Positions 26,749 through 38,656 of a DNA stretch of 64,000 nucleotides are shown here, piece after piece. Position 1 is the first letter of the stretch, and every line of letters starts with the position of its first letter. The stretch is taken from NCBI GenBank assembly GCA_964606085.1, contig CAZSFD010000007.1, forward strand, positions 27,234 through 91,233, written 5' to 3'. Below the pieces are notes generated by a model. That model saw only the letters and a program-made list of their open reading frames with translations. It searched no databases and was not told where the DNA came from. This DNA comes from an uncultured Anaerolineaceae bacterium. Its GTDB lineage: Bacteria > Chloroflexota > Anaerolineae > Anaerolineales > UBA4823. The position numbers and the translations under genes were made by a program.

Positions 26749-27990
26749 ATGTCCACAATCCCACACATCGTCATCATTGGCGCTGGTTTTGGCGGGCTGC
26801 GCGCCGCCCAGAAGTTGGCCGGGAAGCCCGTGAAGGTCACGCTGATTGACCGGCGCAATTACCACCTCTTCCAACCCCTGCTCTACCAGGTCGCCACGGC
26901 GGGCATCTCACCGCACGAGATCGCCTACCCGGTGCGGGCGGTCTTCCAGAAGGACAAAAATATCGAGTTTTTGCTGGCCGATGTGGCTGGCGTGGATTTT
27001 ACCGCCCAAATGGTGCAGACCAGCCGCGGCCCACTGGCTTACGACGCCCTGATCATCGCCGCTGGAGCCGCCGTCAACTTCTTCGGCAACGACTCGCTGG
27101 CGGAGAATGCCTTCACGCTCAAAGATTTGGGCGACGCCATCACCCTGCGTAACCATGTGCTAAACCAGTTCGAGCAGGCCGCCGGTGAAGATGCCGCCGA
27201 ACGCTGCCGGGCGCTGCTGAGCTTCGTCATCGTTGGCGGCGGGCCAACCGGCGTTGAGAGCGCCGGAGCCTTCGCCGAGTTGATCCGCCTGGTGCTGCGC
27301 CGCGATTATCCCTGGCTGGATGTGGACGATGTGCGCGTGATCCTGCTCGAAGCAGCCGGCACCATCCTGCCCGGCTTCCCGGCCAATTTGCAGCAAACGG
27401 CGGTGCAAGCGCTGGCCGCCAAGCATGTGGAAGTGCGCCTGAACGCCAAAGTGAGCGCGTATGACGGGCAAACCGTCACGCTCGAAAACGGCGAGACCAT
27501 CCCCGCCAACACGCTGCTATGGTCCGCCGGGGTGCGCGCCGCGGCGTTGATCGATCAATTGGGCGTGGAACAGGCCCGCCTGGGCCGGGTGAAAGTGACC
27601 CCCGAACTGAACATCCCCGGCCAGCTCGATGTGTATGTGGTGGGTGATGCCGCCTACCTGGAAAAAGATGGCGTTCCCCTGCCGATGATGGTGCCCGTGG
27701 CCGTGCAGCAGGCCGAAACCGCCGCCGCCAATATCCTGGCGAGGCTGAACAACCGCCCGGCGAAGGCGTTCATCTACCGCGACCCCGGCTCACTGGCGAC
27801 GATTGGCCGCAATTCAGCCGTGGCCCGCCTGGGCAAGATGACCTTCCGCGGTTTTGCCGCCTGGCTGGTGTGGCTGTTCGTCCACCTGATCAACCTGGTG
27901 GGCTTCCGCAATCGGCTGATCGTGCTGATTGATTGGGCGTGGGATTATTTCTTTTACGACCGTGCGGTGCGCCTGATTACGCGCGAGTGA
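26749..27990 (+). CDS. ndh: Type II NADH dehydrogenase (NDH-2)
   Basis: IVIIGAGFGGL...RRNYHLFQPLLYQVATA, with a second GGGPTGVE dinucleotide fold. Confidence 0.9.
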   Translation: MSTIPHIVIIGAGFGGLRAAQKLAGKPVKVTLIDRRNYHLFQPLLYQVATAGISPHEIAYPVRAVFQKDKNIEFLLADVAGVDFTAQMVQTSRGPLAYDALIIAAGAAVNFFGNDSLAENAFTLKDLGDAITLRNHVLNQFEQAAGEDAAERCRALLSFVIVGGGPTGVESAGAFAELIRLVLRRDYPWLDVDDVRVILLEAAGTILPGFPANLQQTAVQALAAKHVEVRLNAKVSAYDGQTVTLENGETIPANTLLWSAGVRAAALIDQLGVEQARLGRVKVTPELNIPGQLDVYVVGDAAYLEKDGVPLPMMVPVAVQQAETAAANILARLNNRPAKAFIYRDPGSLATIGRNSAVARLGKMTFRGFAAWLVWLFVHLINLVGFRNRLIVLIDWAWDYFFYDRAVRLITRE

Positions 27991-28001
27991 CCGATGATGG
28001 T

Positions 28002-29801
28002 TCAGGGATAAACCTCGATGGAGAAAACCTGCGCCGGGTCGCCCTCGCCGCCGTTGCCGGGGCAATCGTTTGTGCCGATGTAGAGATAACGATAAGTCCC
28101 GTTGACCGGGATGACAATGCCGGCGTAGCCGACAACGGGGTAGTTGTCGGGTTCAGGCGCAATGTCGCCTAACGAACCGTTATTGCCCGCCTCGGTATCC
28201 CCCCAGTTGAAGACGCTGTTCCAACGCGCCCCGCCAGAATGTTCCAAATCGAGGAACACCCAGTCCATACAAAAACCGGAATCGCCCGAGTTGCCGCCGC
28301 AAGCGCTGAGATCGGGGACCGCCAGAAATTCATAGTAGATGATGTAACGAATGAAGGTATCGAAACCGAGGTCAATCTGGTGTGATTCGCCACAGGCCAC
28401 CTCGCCTCCGCTGGGCAAGGGAAAGGTGAGTGGGGTGGCCGTGCCGGTGGGGGTTGGCGTCGGTGTCGCGGTCGCCGTCGGCGTGGCGGTGGGCGGGTTG
28501 CACCAGCCAGCCGTAGACGTGCGGCCGTCGAGGCTCCACACCAGGTTGCCGCCGCCCGACCAGGTGGTAGCGAACACGGCAACCTGCCTGCCGGGGGAAA
28601 AATCGGATGGCTGACCCAAATCGCCGCCGGGGATGAATTGGTTGTCTGAGGTGCCAGCCGCCAGCGTGACGGGGTAGGCGTTGGGGTTATTGTAGCCCCA
28701 GTAGGCGGTGCAAGTATCAACGCCAGGCTCCACCGTCCCTTCGAGGATGGGGGAAATGGTCACGCGAGTGGCGGTGGGCGTGGGGGTGAAGGTTTCGGTG
28801 GGGGTGGGGGTGATGGTGGGTGTATCGGTGGGCGTGGGCGTAAACGACGCGGTCGGGGTCGCAGTGGGGGTGAAGGTGGGCGTGTGCGTCCCGGTGGCTG
28901 TGGCTGTGAAGGTGGCCGTTGGTGTCGCCGTTGCGGTGGGCGTGGGCGTGTGCGATGGGGTGTGGGTGATCGTGGGGGTTGCGGTTGGGGTGGGGGTAGA
29001 CGTGCGGGTGGTTGTGCCGGTGGCCGTCCATGTGGCGGTGCGCGAGGCCGTTGCCGTGGATGTGTTGGTGCGGGTGCGCGTGGCCGTGGCAGTGATGGTG
29101 CGCGTGGCGGTGGGCGTGTGGGTACGGGTGCGCGTGGCCGTGGCAGTGATGGTGCGCGTGGCGGTGGGCGTGTGGGTGCGGGTGCGCGTGGCGGGGGCGA
29201 GGCTGGTGTGAGTGGCCGATGGCAGTTGCGGCGGGCGAGTAGTCGTGGCAGTGTGTGTGGCGGTCGGCGAATGGGTTGCGCTGCGCGTGGTGGTCGGTGG
29301 AGGCGGCGTTTGCGTGGGCGTGGGTGAAGGGCTGGCCGTGGGCGTGTCGGTTGGCAAGGCCGCAACCGTGTCGGTTGGCAAGGCCGCAGCCGCGGTGGCG
29401 GTCGGGGTGAAGGCGGGGGCGGGTTGGCTGGTGGCGGTGTGCGCCAGTGGCGAAGGAAGCGTGGCGGTGGGCCAATAGGGGGTGCCGATGATGACCCATT
29501 CAGCGGGGAAAGGCGGCATTCGATCATCTTCACGAGAATCGCGGATAATTTCTGCGATCACCCGCGTCGAGACGGGTTGAAACCCGCTGCCTTCCCAGGG
29601 ACGATAGCTGACCTCGATCTGCGAGTGAATCGGCCCGGCGCTGGCTGGCACAAGCCCAAGCAAGGCGATTTGCCCACAACAAAACAGGGTTGGCAAAATG
29701 ATGAAAATGAGCAGAAACCAGCGCGCCAGGTCGCCGATGGCCGTGCGGCGGTCATCGGCAGCAGCCGTGTTTTCCCCCGGCGATGTGCGCTGGCGTTTCA
29801 T
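28002..29801 (-). CDS. Membrane-anchored Thr/Pro-rich repeat protein, unknown function
   Basis: N-terminal TM helix, a TPTAT low-complexity tract of about 250 aa and two Cys-containing globular C-terminal regions. The chosen frame is the only one with a non-degenerate N- and C-terminus. Confidence 0.7.
   Translation of the reverse strand: MKRQRTSPGENTAAADDRRTAIGDLARWFLLIFIILPTLFCCGQIALLGLVPASAGPIHSQIEVSYRPWEGSGFQPVSTRVIAEIIRDSREDDRMPPFPAEWVIIGTPYWPTATLPSPLAHTATSQPAPAFTPTATAAAALPTDTVAALPTDTPTASPSPTPTQTPPPPTTTRSATHSPTATHTATTTRPPQLPSATHTSLAPATRTRTHTPTATRTITATATRTRTHTPTATRTITATATRTRTNTSTATASRTATWTATGTTTRTSTPTPTATPTITHTPSHTPTPTATATPTATFTATATGTHTPTFTPTATPTASFTPTPTDTPTITPTPTETFTPTPTATRVTISPILEGTVEPGVDTCTAYWGYNNPNAYPVTLAAGTSDNQFIPGGDLGQPSDFSPGRQVAVFATTWSGGGNLVWSLDGRTSTAGWCNPPTATPTATATPTPTPTGTATPLTFPLPSGGEVACGESHQIDLGFDTFIRYIIYYEFLAVPDLSACGGNSGDSGFCMDWVFLDLEHSGGARWNSVFNWGDTEAGNNGSLGDIAPEPDNYPVVGYAGIVIPVNGTYRYLYIGTNDCPGNGGEGDPAQVFSIEVYP
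29072..29192. repeat. 54-bp tandem repeat, 2.2 copies, inside the Thr-rich gene
   Basis: Copies 29072-29125 and 29126-29179 differ at 1 nt, and 13 nt of a third copy follow. Each unit encodes 18 aa of the [18 protein letters not shown] type. Confidence 0.9.
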
Positions 29802-29807
29802 GGGTGA

Positions 29808-31262
29808 TCAAACCTTCAACGAGTCGGTGCGCGAAGCGGTGGGCAGGCAGATGGTGACGGTGCTGCCAATCGGGCCTTCGCCGCCGATCCACACTTGCCC
29901 GCCGATGCGGTCGAGGATGGCCTTGACCAGAGGCAACTCTAGGCCGGCGTTGTCTGGGCTTGCATCCAGGCGAACGATGGACTTCTCGAAGATGTGGGGC
30001 AGGTCTTTTTCGCTGACCGCCGGGCCGTCATCGCTGACATCCAGCCAGACCTGGTTGCGGTGGGTACGCGCCCGCACGCGGATTTCGCCGCTGCGCTGGC
30101 TGCGCATCATCGCCCGATGGATCAGGCCATTGAGCATCTGGCGCAACAGCGCCGCATCGGCGCGTACCGCTGGCAGGCGTGGCTCAAGTTCCATGGAGAG
30201 TTTCAAACCGCGGTCGGCCAGTTTGCCCGTGTCCCATTCAGGCTTCAATTCGTTGAGCATCGCCAACAGGTTGACCCGGGTAATTTTGACCTGCAAACCG
30301 GCATCCAGGTGGAGCAAGGTGGGCAGGTCGTCCACCCATTCCTGAATGCGCCCCCACACTTTGGTCAGGCGATAGACAATGCCCGCCACGCGCTCATCCT
30401 GGCTGGACAGCAAATCAAGTTCGGCCAGGGCATTGACCGCCTGAACGAGCGGGTAGCGAATTTTATCGGCGGCTTCGGTCAGCATTTGCGCCTTGAGGTC
30501 ATCCAGTTTTTTCAAGTGGGTAATGTCGCGCAGCACCATTACCCACCCGGCCCAGGCGCCATCGTGCAATAAGGGGGTCAGGTTGACCATTTGCACCGAA
30601 TTATCGGCCCAGGGAACTTCCAACGTGATCGGCGAATGGCTGGAGAGTACCTGCCAGTTCTCAATGATCGCCGAGAGCGAAGCCGGCAGGCAGGCGCGTG
30701 CGGGCTGGCCGATCAATTCTGGGGCTTCGCGCCCCAGCAGGCAGGCCGCGGCCGGGTTGGCGATGGTGAGAACGCCCTTTTCGTCTGCCGATAAGATCGC
30801 ATCCCCCGTGTTGGCGATCAGCGCCCGCAGCCGCTCGGCATCGGCCTGCACCTGAAGGTAGAGGTGCTGGCGTTCGAGGTTCAGCCGGCGCACGTTGAGC
30901 GCCCGTTGGATGGTGGAGGTCAGACGATCCATCGACTCGAGCGGCTTGAGCAGGTAATCGTACGCGCCTTCGGCGCGCAGCGAAGCGATGGCCGTGTCCA
31001 ACGAACCGGCCGCGGTAATCATGATCACCTGCATATAAACGTCCATGGCCCGCGCCTGGCGCATCAGGTCAATCCCGTTGATGTCGGGCATCATAATATC
31101 GGTTACCATCACAGCAAAAGGGCCTTGCTCGCGCAGCAAGCGGAGCGCTTCGGCGGCACAGTTGGCCCCGCTCACTTCATATCTGCTGCGCCGGACAGCC
31201 AGCATCATCATGTGCAGCAGGGCTTCGTCATCGTCAACGACCAAAACTTTGCGGTTATCCAT
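29808..31262 (-). CDS. Response regulator receiver + PAS + degenerate (His-less) histidine-kinase-like domain
   Basis: The REC domain is intact (DD, VTDIMMPD, T, K). The H-box position reads AADKIRYPL instead of SHELRTPL. G1 is DDGPAV and G2 is AGLELPL. Confidence 0.8.
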   Translation of the reverse strand: MDNRKVLVVDDDEALLHMMMLAVRRSRYEVSGANCAAEALRLLREQGPFAVMVTDIMMPDINGIDLMRQARAMDVYMQVIMITAAGSLDTAIASLRAEGAYDYLLKPLESMDRLTSTIQRALNVRRLNLERQHLYLQVQADAERLRALIANTGDAILSADEKGVLTIANPAAACLLGREAPELIGQPARACLPASLSAIIENWQVLSSHSPITLEVPWADNSVQMVNLTPLLHDGAWAGWVMVLRDITHLKKLDDLKAQMLTEAADKIRYPLVQAVNALAELDLLSSQDERVAGIVYRLTKVWGRIQEWVDDLPTLLHLDAGLQVKITRVNLLAMLNELKPEWDTGKLADRGLKLSMELEPRLPAVRADAALLRQMLNGLIHRAMMRSQRSGEIRVRARTHRNQVWLDVSDDGPAVSEKDLPHIFEKSIVRLDASPDNAGLELPLVKAILDRIGGQVWIGGEGPIGSTVTICLPTASRTDSLKV

Positions 31263-33216
31263 GCAATGACTCCGTTTCAGGCAGATTCTTGCTGATGCCT
31301 GGCAAGATGATCGTGAACGTTGTCCCCTGCCCCAATTCGCTTGCTACCTCGATGCGCCCGTGGTGATTGGCGATGATGCCGTAGCTCATCGAAAGCCCCA
31401 GGCCAGTTCCCTGGCCTTCGGGCTTGGTGGTAAAGAAGGGGTCGAAAATGCGCTGGAGGTTTTCTGGCGCAATGCCACTGCCGCTGTCCTGAATGGACAG
31501 AGCTACCTGCCCGTCGGCCTGGTTCAGGCCCACCAACAGGCTGCCGCGTTCGGGCATGGCTTGAATGGCGTTGTGAATCATGTTGATCAACACCTGTTCA
31601 ATTTGCTGCGAGTCATAATTGACCATCACCGGGCTGTCGGGCAGTTCTTTCGTCACGCGGATATAGGCTTTGCGCAGCAGGTAATCGGTCAGGCGCAGTG
31701 AGGCTTCGATGGTCTCGCGTAAATCGTGCGGCTGCATCTCGGAGGCAGATTGGCGGGCAAATTTGAGCAGGTCGCCGACGATGCGGCTGGCCTTTTCGGC
31801 GCTCTCGCGGATCACGCGCAGTTCTTTGCGCGTTTCTTCGGGGTCGCTCAGGTCTTCTTCGAGCAGTTCGGCCAGGCCCTTGATCACCGCCAGCGGGTTT
31901 TTGACATCGTGAACGATGCCGGCGGTCAGTTGCCCCACGGCAGCCAGCTTTTCAGATTGGACAAGCTGTAACTGGGTGGCTTGCAGCCGGGCATTGGCCT
32001 CGGCCAGTTGGCGGTTGCGCTGCACGGCTTCCTGATACAGGCGTTCGGCTTCGGCGGTGCGCAGGCGCAAATGCTCGGTCATCACGTCGAAAGCATCAGC
32101 CAGGTCGCCGATCTCATCGGAACGTTGGATGCCCATGCGCTGGTCGAGATCGCCCGCGGCGACCGCCTGCGACATGGAGCGCAGCCGCAAAATAGGCCGG
32201 GCGATATGCTGTGAAATGCCAAAGCCCACCAAAATCACCCCCAGGGTAGCGGCGGTGAAAATAAGCGTGAACAGCAGGCGGTTGGTGGTGTCGCTGGAAA
32301 CGAGAAAATTGCTCGAAAAAATCACACCCAACCACCCCATCTGCTCGCCGCGCAGCATCCAGGGGACGTACATCACCTGGTAGGGGCGGCCATACAGGCT
32401 GACATCCATGGCGGTGGCGTTTTGCGCATCGGCCTGGGCCGCCAGGCTGCTCAAAGCCGGGGCGATTTCCGCCGGCTGCGGCAGGGTGGTTGCCAGCAGG
32501 GTCGCGCCGGGCAGGTCGAACAGGCCAATCGCCGCGTGCGATTGTTCTTCCAGTTCAAGCGCCAGGGTCTCCAGCAGTGTGCCGATCATCATCGCGCCGA
32601 CCCGTTCTTCATCTGGCCCAATGACAGCCACCGAGGTGACAAAGGCCGGGCCATAGGCGGTATCGAGTAACCCGGTAAATTTATCGCCCGTGGCGTCTGG
32701 CGGCTGCGACAAGGCTTGCTGAATGACCGCCACGGCAGAAAAATCATATCCTTGCGCCAGCAGATATTGTTCGGTTTGCGGGTCGCGCCCCCAGGTGACG
32801 ATCTCTCGCCCCTGGCGGTCTACCACGGTCACCAGGTCGGGGCGGGCATTGAGGACGAGGGGTTTGAGCAGGGTATCCAGTTGGGCGAAATCCGCCGCCT
32901 GTACGGCTTCGGCAACACCCAGGGTGTTGGCTAAGGCACGCAAATTTTCGAGGTGCGCGCGCTCACGCCGCCGCACACCATCGGTCGCCACTTCACTGGC
33001 TTGTTTCACCTGGTTTTCGAAGCGTTCGCGAATGCTCCCGGCCACCAGGCGCGTTACCACAAACGTACCGAGGGCGGCAATGAACAGGGTCAACAGCACG
33101 TAAGGCACGATCAGCTTGCTTTGCAAACGCCAAAAACGCTGCCAGCGAGAAGAAGCTTCGACCGCCGGCGCTGTTGAAGTGGATGCGGTGCGGGTTTGAT
33201 TCATGGTATGTGGCAC
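31255..33216 (-). CDS. Membrane sensor histidine kinase (periplasmic sensor + HAMP + HisKA + HATPase)
   Basis: Two TM helices, a HAMP domain, H-box VHDVKNPL, NMIHNAIQA, QDSGSGI, GTGLGL. Overlaps the downstream gene by 8 nt. Confidence 0.85.
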   Translation of the reverse strand: MPHTMNQTRTASTSTAPAVEASSRWQRFWRLQSKLIVPYVLLTLFIAALGTFVVTRLVAGSIRERFENQVKQASEVATDGVRRRERAHLENLRALANTLGVAEAVQAADFAQLDTLLKPLVLNARPDLVTVVDRQGREIVTWGRDPQTEQYLLAQGYDFSAVAVIQQALSQPPDATGDKFTGLLDTAYGPAFVTSVAVIGPDEERVGAMMIGTLLETLALELEEQSHAAIGLFDLPGATLLATTLPQPAEIAPALSSLAAQADAQNATAMDVSLYGRPYQVMYVPWMLRGEQMGWLGVIFSSNFLVSSDTTNRLLFTLIFTAATLGVILVGFGISQHIARPILRLRSMSQAVAAGDLDQRMGIQRSDEIGDLADAFDVMTEHLRLRTAEAERLYQEAVQRNRQLAEANARLQATQLQLVQSEKLAAVGQLTAGIVHDVKNPLAVIKGLAELLEEDLSDPEETRKELRVIRESAEKASRIVGDLLKFARQSASEMQPHDLRETIEASLRLTDYLLRKAYIRVTKELPDSPVMVNYDSQQIEQVLINMIHNAIQAMPERGSLLVGLNQADGQVALSIQDSGSGIAPENLQRIFDPFFTTKPEGQGTGLGLSMSYGIIANHHGRIEVASELGQGTTFTIILPGISKNLPETESLHG

Positions 33217-33392
33217 GACAACAATAAAAAGGGATGTTTCATCCCAAATCCCGGTTCAACACATATCCTCCCCATGATCAGGAGTGCATTTGTATTATAC
33301 TTCACTTGTTTTTGCCAATTCCGTATGTTTTTGAAAGGACATTGCAAAAACGTTGTACTTCGCATCATTCCTTGCCAGGATGGAGTTTCACG

Positions 33393-34031
33393 ATGAGCAA
33401 ACATCTGGTGTTGGTTGCCGGGAACATCGGCGCTGGAAAAACTTCGCTGACCGAACGCATTGGCGCTCGCCTGGGCTGGCAATCGGCTTACGAATCAGTG
33501 GCCGATAATCCCTACCTGGGTGATTTTTACACCGATATGCGCGCCTGGTCGTTTCATCTGCAGGTCTTCTTCTTGGGCCATCGCGCCCGGCAATATCTCG
33601 AATTGGTAGATGCGGCGCGCTCGGCCATCCTCGACCGCTCTATTTATGAAGATGCCCACATCTTCGCCCGCGCCCTGCATCACCTGGGCAACCTGAGCGA
33701 ACGCGATTACCACGCCTACCGCCGGGTGTTCGACCTGGTAGTGGAAAAGCTGCCCCCGCCCGACCTGCTCATTTACCTCAAGGCCCCCGTGCCGGTGCTG
33801 CTGCAACGCATTCAGCAACGCGGGCGCAGCATCGAGAGTGGCATCGGTGCCGATTATCTGACACTGCTCGACAGTTTTTATGAAGAATGGCTGGCCGGGT
33901 TCGATAGCTGCCCCGTGCTGACCATTCGCTCAGATGACCTCGATTTCGTCAACCAGGCCAGGCATCTCGATGTTGTGGTCGAACGCATCCACGACCGCCT
34001 GGCTGGACGTGAAGACCTGGTATTTCAATAA
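33393..34031 (+). CDS. Deoxynucleoside kinase
   Basis: P-loop GNIGAGKTSL, with ERSIYED-like DRSIYEDAHIF and the family pattern NPYLGDFY. Confidence 0.8.
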   Translation: MSKHLVLVAGNIGAGKTSLTERIGARLGWQSAYESVADNPYLGDFYTDMRAWSFHLQVFFLGHRARQYLELVDAARSAILDRSIYEDAHIFARALHHLGNLSERDYHAYRRVFDLVVEKLPPPDLLIYLKAPVPVLLQRIQQRGRSIESGIGADYLTLLDSFYEEWLAGFDSCPVLTIRSDDLDFVNQARHLDVVVERIHDRLAGREDLVFQ

Positions 34032-34052
34032 TCAAGTAGACAAGGAGACATC

Positions 34053-35210
34053 ATGCAATACAAACCATACGGACAAACCGGCTTTCTGGCTTCGAACCTG
34101 GGCTTTGGCGCGATGCGGCTGCCCGGCAACGAGGGGCAAACCGACCCCGAACTGGCTGCTCCCATTTTGCAGCGCGGCCTCGATTTGGGCATCAACTACA
34201 TTGATACGGCCCATGTCTATGGCAAAGGCTTCAACGAAGTGGCCGTGGGCCGTGCTATCCAGGGTTACGAACGCAGCAAGCTCTTCATCGTCACCAAAAT
34301 CCCCGCCGGTTCTGAAGAAGAGGCCCAGGCCGACACCTGGCGTAAAAAGCTCGACCTGAGCCTGGAACGCCTCGGCACACACATTGACCTGATCCTGTTC
34401 CACGGGCTGCGCTGGAATGTCTTCGAGAGCTTGTTTGCCCGCAAAGATATGGCCCTGGCTGCCGCCCGCCAGGCGCAGGCCGAAGGGCTGGTGAAGCACA
34501 TCGGCTTTTCGTCCCACGATACCGAAGATAACATCATTCAATTGATAGATAGCGGTGAATTTGCTGGCGTACTGATGCAATACAACTACCTCGACCGCCA
34601 CAACGAACCAGCTATCGCCCGCGCCGCCGAAAAGGGCCTGGGCGTGACGATTATGGGGCCGGTCGCGGGTGGCCGCCTGGCGCTGCCCGATGGCCTGCTG
34701 GTGGATAGCGATGGGATGCTCGAAATGAAGACCCCCGAAGTGGCTCTGCGCTTCGTCTGGAGCAACCCGGCCGTCAACATTGCCCTTTCGGGCATGAACA
34801 CGCTCGAAATGGTGGAAGAAAATGTGGCCTCGGCCAACCGCGTGGGCGGTCTGGATGATCAAGAGACCGCCGCCGTGCTGTCGCTGATGGAACGCAATCA
34901 AAAGCTGGCCGACCTGTATTGCACCGGCTGCGAGTATTGTATGCCCTGCCCCAACGAGGTCAATATCGCCGAAAACTTCCGCTATATGAACTGGTATAAA
35001 GTATGGGGCATGGAGCAGCAGGCCCGCGAAGCCTACGAACGACTTGGCAGCGATAAAGCCTGGGGGCCCTGGTACCCCGGCGGCAAGATCAGCGGTCTGA
35101 AAGCCGATGCCTGCACCGAATGCGGCGAATGCCTGTCGAAATGCCCGCAAGACATTCCCATTCCAGACCAATTGCGCGAGGTTGTTGAAACCCTCGGCGC
35201 GGCACAGTAA
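34053..35210 (+). CDS. Aldo/keto reductase with C-terminal 4Fe-4S ferredoxin-type motifs
   Basis: AKR N-terminus (GFGAMRL, INYIDTAHVYG) plus CTGCEYCMPCP and CTECGECLSKCP. Confidence 0.85.
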   Translation: MQYKPYGQTGFLASNLGFGAMRLPGNEGQTDPELAAPILQRGLDLGINYIDTAHVYGKGFNEVAVGRAIQGYERSKLFIVTKIPAGSEEEAQADTWRKKLDLSLERLGTHIDLILFHGLRWNVFESLFARKDMALAAARQAQAEGLVKHIGFSSHDTEDNIIQLIDSGEFAGVLMQYNYLDRHNEPAIARAAEKGLGVTIMGPVAGGRLALPDGLLVDSDGMLEMKTPEVALRFVWSNPAVNIALSGMNTLEMVEENVASANRVGGLDDQETAAVLSLMERNQKLADLYCTGCEYCMPCPNEVNIAENFRYMNWYKVWGMEQQAREAYERLGSDKAWGPWYPGGKISGLKADACTECGECLSKCPQDIPIPDQLREVVETLGAAQ

Positions 35211-35269
35211 TGGATGAAAATTGGGTGATGGTATACTCGCCCCACCCGAAACCCTTTGGAGAAGAATTC

Positions 35270-35962
35270 ATGAAGACAATCACCATCCGCACCCTATCAA
35301 TCCTGCTGGGGCTGATCGTCCTGGCGCAACTGGCCGCCTGCGGCGGGCAGCCTGCGGCAGGCGCTATCGAAACAGCCGTAGCGGGCACCATCGCCGCCAT
35401 GCCCGCTGGCGACGCCACGCAGATCATCGAGGTCACCAAAGTCAAAGAAGTGACGCGCATCAGCGTCATCCAATTGACAGCTACACCCCGCCCGACGGCC
35501 ACGCCCACCCAGCCGCCCACCGCCACCCCACCGGCAACCGCCACCCTCACCGCCACGCCGCGCCCGTCCCTGCCCGGCGAGCCGACCGCCATCGTCACCG
35601 TTTCACCCAGCGGCGACTTGAACCTGACCCTGAATCAACTGCTCAGCCAATACAAAGCCATGACCGACCTGCAAAAGCAGGACTACATCACCACTTTGCC
35701 GGGCAAGCTGGTCTCCTGGACCGCCGAGGTGGATAACGTAACCACCGACGGCCTGGTGGAACTGAAAAACCTGTTCTCGGGCGGCAGCGTCATCTTGATC
35801 GGCGTGCCTGCCGAAACCGCTCTCGAACTCGACCGCAAGATGCTGGTAGATTTCAAGGGCATGATCCAGGGCATGTCGGGCAAGATCAGCCCCGAAATTA
35901 TCGTGGTAGATGTGACCATTTTGCGTGCCTACAACCTGCCAACGGCCACACCCACACCCTGA
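35270..35962 (+). CDS. Lipoprotein, unknown function
   Basis: Signal peptide with lipobox LAAC, a TP-rich linker and a small C-terminal domain. Confidence 0.65.
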   Translation: MKTITIRTLSILLGLIVLAQLAACGGQPAAGAIETAVAGTIAAMPAGDATQIIEVTKVKEVTRISVIQLTATPRPTATPTQPPTATPPATATLTATPRPSLPGEPTAIVTVSPSGDLNLTLNQLLSQYKAMTDLQKQDYITTLPGKLVSWTAEVDNVTTDGLVELKNLFSGGSVILIGVPAETALELDRKMLVDFKGMIQGMSGKISPEIIVVDVTILRAYNLPTATPTP

Positions 35963-36141
35963 TCAATGCGCTTTCTATCACGCGCGATTCACCGAAACAA
36001 CAAGACTGTAAGCAAGCGCATCCACATCTCCCAATCAGGAAAAATTATGGTAGACTTGGTGCGGCATAAGAGATAAACTCGGATAATTTCATCGTTAATC
36101 CCCCCTGCACACTTCCAAAACAACTTTACACAGGCAAACCT

Positions 36142-36516
36142 ATGGCTAAATCACGCACTGAAATCATGGTAGAACGCTTGCGCGCAATGCAGGCCGCATC
36201 ACCCGATATTGAAGCATCCGCCGTCGTCTCGGTAGATGGCCTGATTATGGCCTCAGCCTTGCCCGCCGAGGTTGAAGAAGATCGCGTATCGGCCATGTCG
36301 GCGGCCATGTTGAGCCTCGGTGAACGCATCTCGATGGAACTGGGACGGGGTGCGCTGGAACAGGTGTACATTCGCGGCAACAATGGCTTTGTCATTCTCT
36401 CAGCCGTTGGGCAAGAAGCCGTGCTGACGGTGCTGGCGCGTGAACAGGCCAAATTGGGGTTGATCTTCCTGGAGATGCGCCGGGCCGCCGAAGACCTGGC
36501 ACGCGTGGTGGGATAA
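36142..36516 (+). CDS. Roadblock/LC7 (MglB-like) domain protein
   Basis: 124 aa. VVSVDGLIMAS...AMSAAMLSLGER...GFVILSAVG is typical of the Robl_LC7 pattern. Confidence 0.8.
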   Translation: MAKSRTEIMVERLRAMQAASPDIEASAVVSVDGLIMASALPAEVEEDRVSAMSAAMLSLGERISMELGRGALEQVYIRGNNGFVILSAVGQEAVLTVLAREQAKLGLIFLEMRRAAEDLARVVG

Positions 36517-36533
36517 AACGACACCCAATTTGA

Positions 36534-38231
<1,698 letters not shown>

Positions 38232-38333
38232 CAGGTGGCAAGTAGCAAGGGACAGCGGTTTGCCGCCTGCTCAGGGTGAACGCATCTAAATTGAGAGTTG
38301 TGGTAGGCCGGAAAGCACCTTGAGCAGGTAATT

Positions 38334-38609
38334 TTATAGAATCTTATCGAGCCGACAAAAGTAGCGTTGTTCGGCAATAAGAGAGCGGGCAAACTTGATG
38401 GAAAAGAGGGAAATGGAGGGGCTATCCCTCAATGATATTCGAAGGGGAGGGCAGCCTGGCAAACCCTGGCTCTGGTATTTTTCGTTGGTATGCGCGTTGC
38501 CCCGGCAAATGGCGTCGGGCAACACCTCTGGTTTGATTCCTGCCAGCAGGGGTTGAACGCTGGTAAATTCGGTTGGGGCGAGTTCAAACAAATCGGTAAA
38601 ATCAGACAA
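38334..38609 (-). pseudogene. Possible remnant of a GNAT-type acetyltransferase N-terminus
   Basis: Only the first about 40 aa (FELAPTEFTSVQPLLAGIKPEVLPDAICRGN) look protein-like; the rest looks like junk. It lies in a lower-GC 425-bp spacer. Confidence 0.25.
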
Positions 38610-38656
38610 AAATAGGTAAAATAAAAGTACAATTTAGAACCAGGAGCGCGCACAGC

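Noticed and set aside
29072-29192. Possible CRISPR array or minisatellite
   Set aside because: The units are directly tandem with no spacers, lie inside a coding frame (54 bp = 18 codons), and no cas genes are present.
28708-29533. Alternative-frame ORFs through the Thr-rich tract (His-rich, Pro-Arg-rich and Val-Gly-rich translations on both strands)
   Set aside because: The repetitive ACN/CCN DNA is open in all frames. Only the 28002-29801 frame links a TM N-terminus to non-repetitive C-terminal domains.
34032-35171. 379-aa minus-strand ORF antisense to the aldo/keto reductase gene
   Set aside because: It is a shadow ORF. The plus strand has clear AKR and 4Fe-4S motifs, and this translation has no recognisable motif and a skewed composition.
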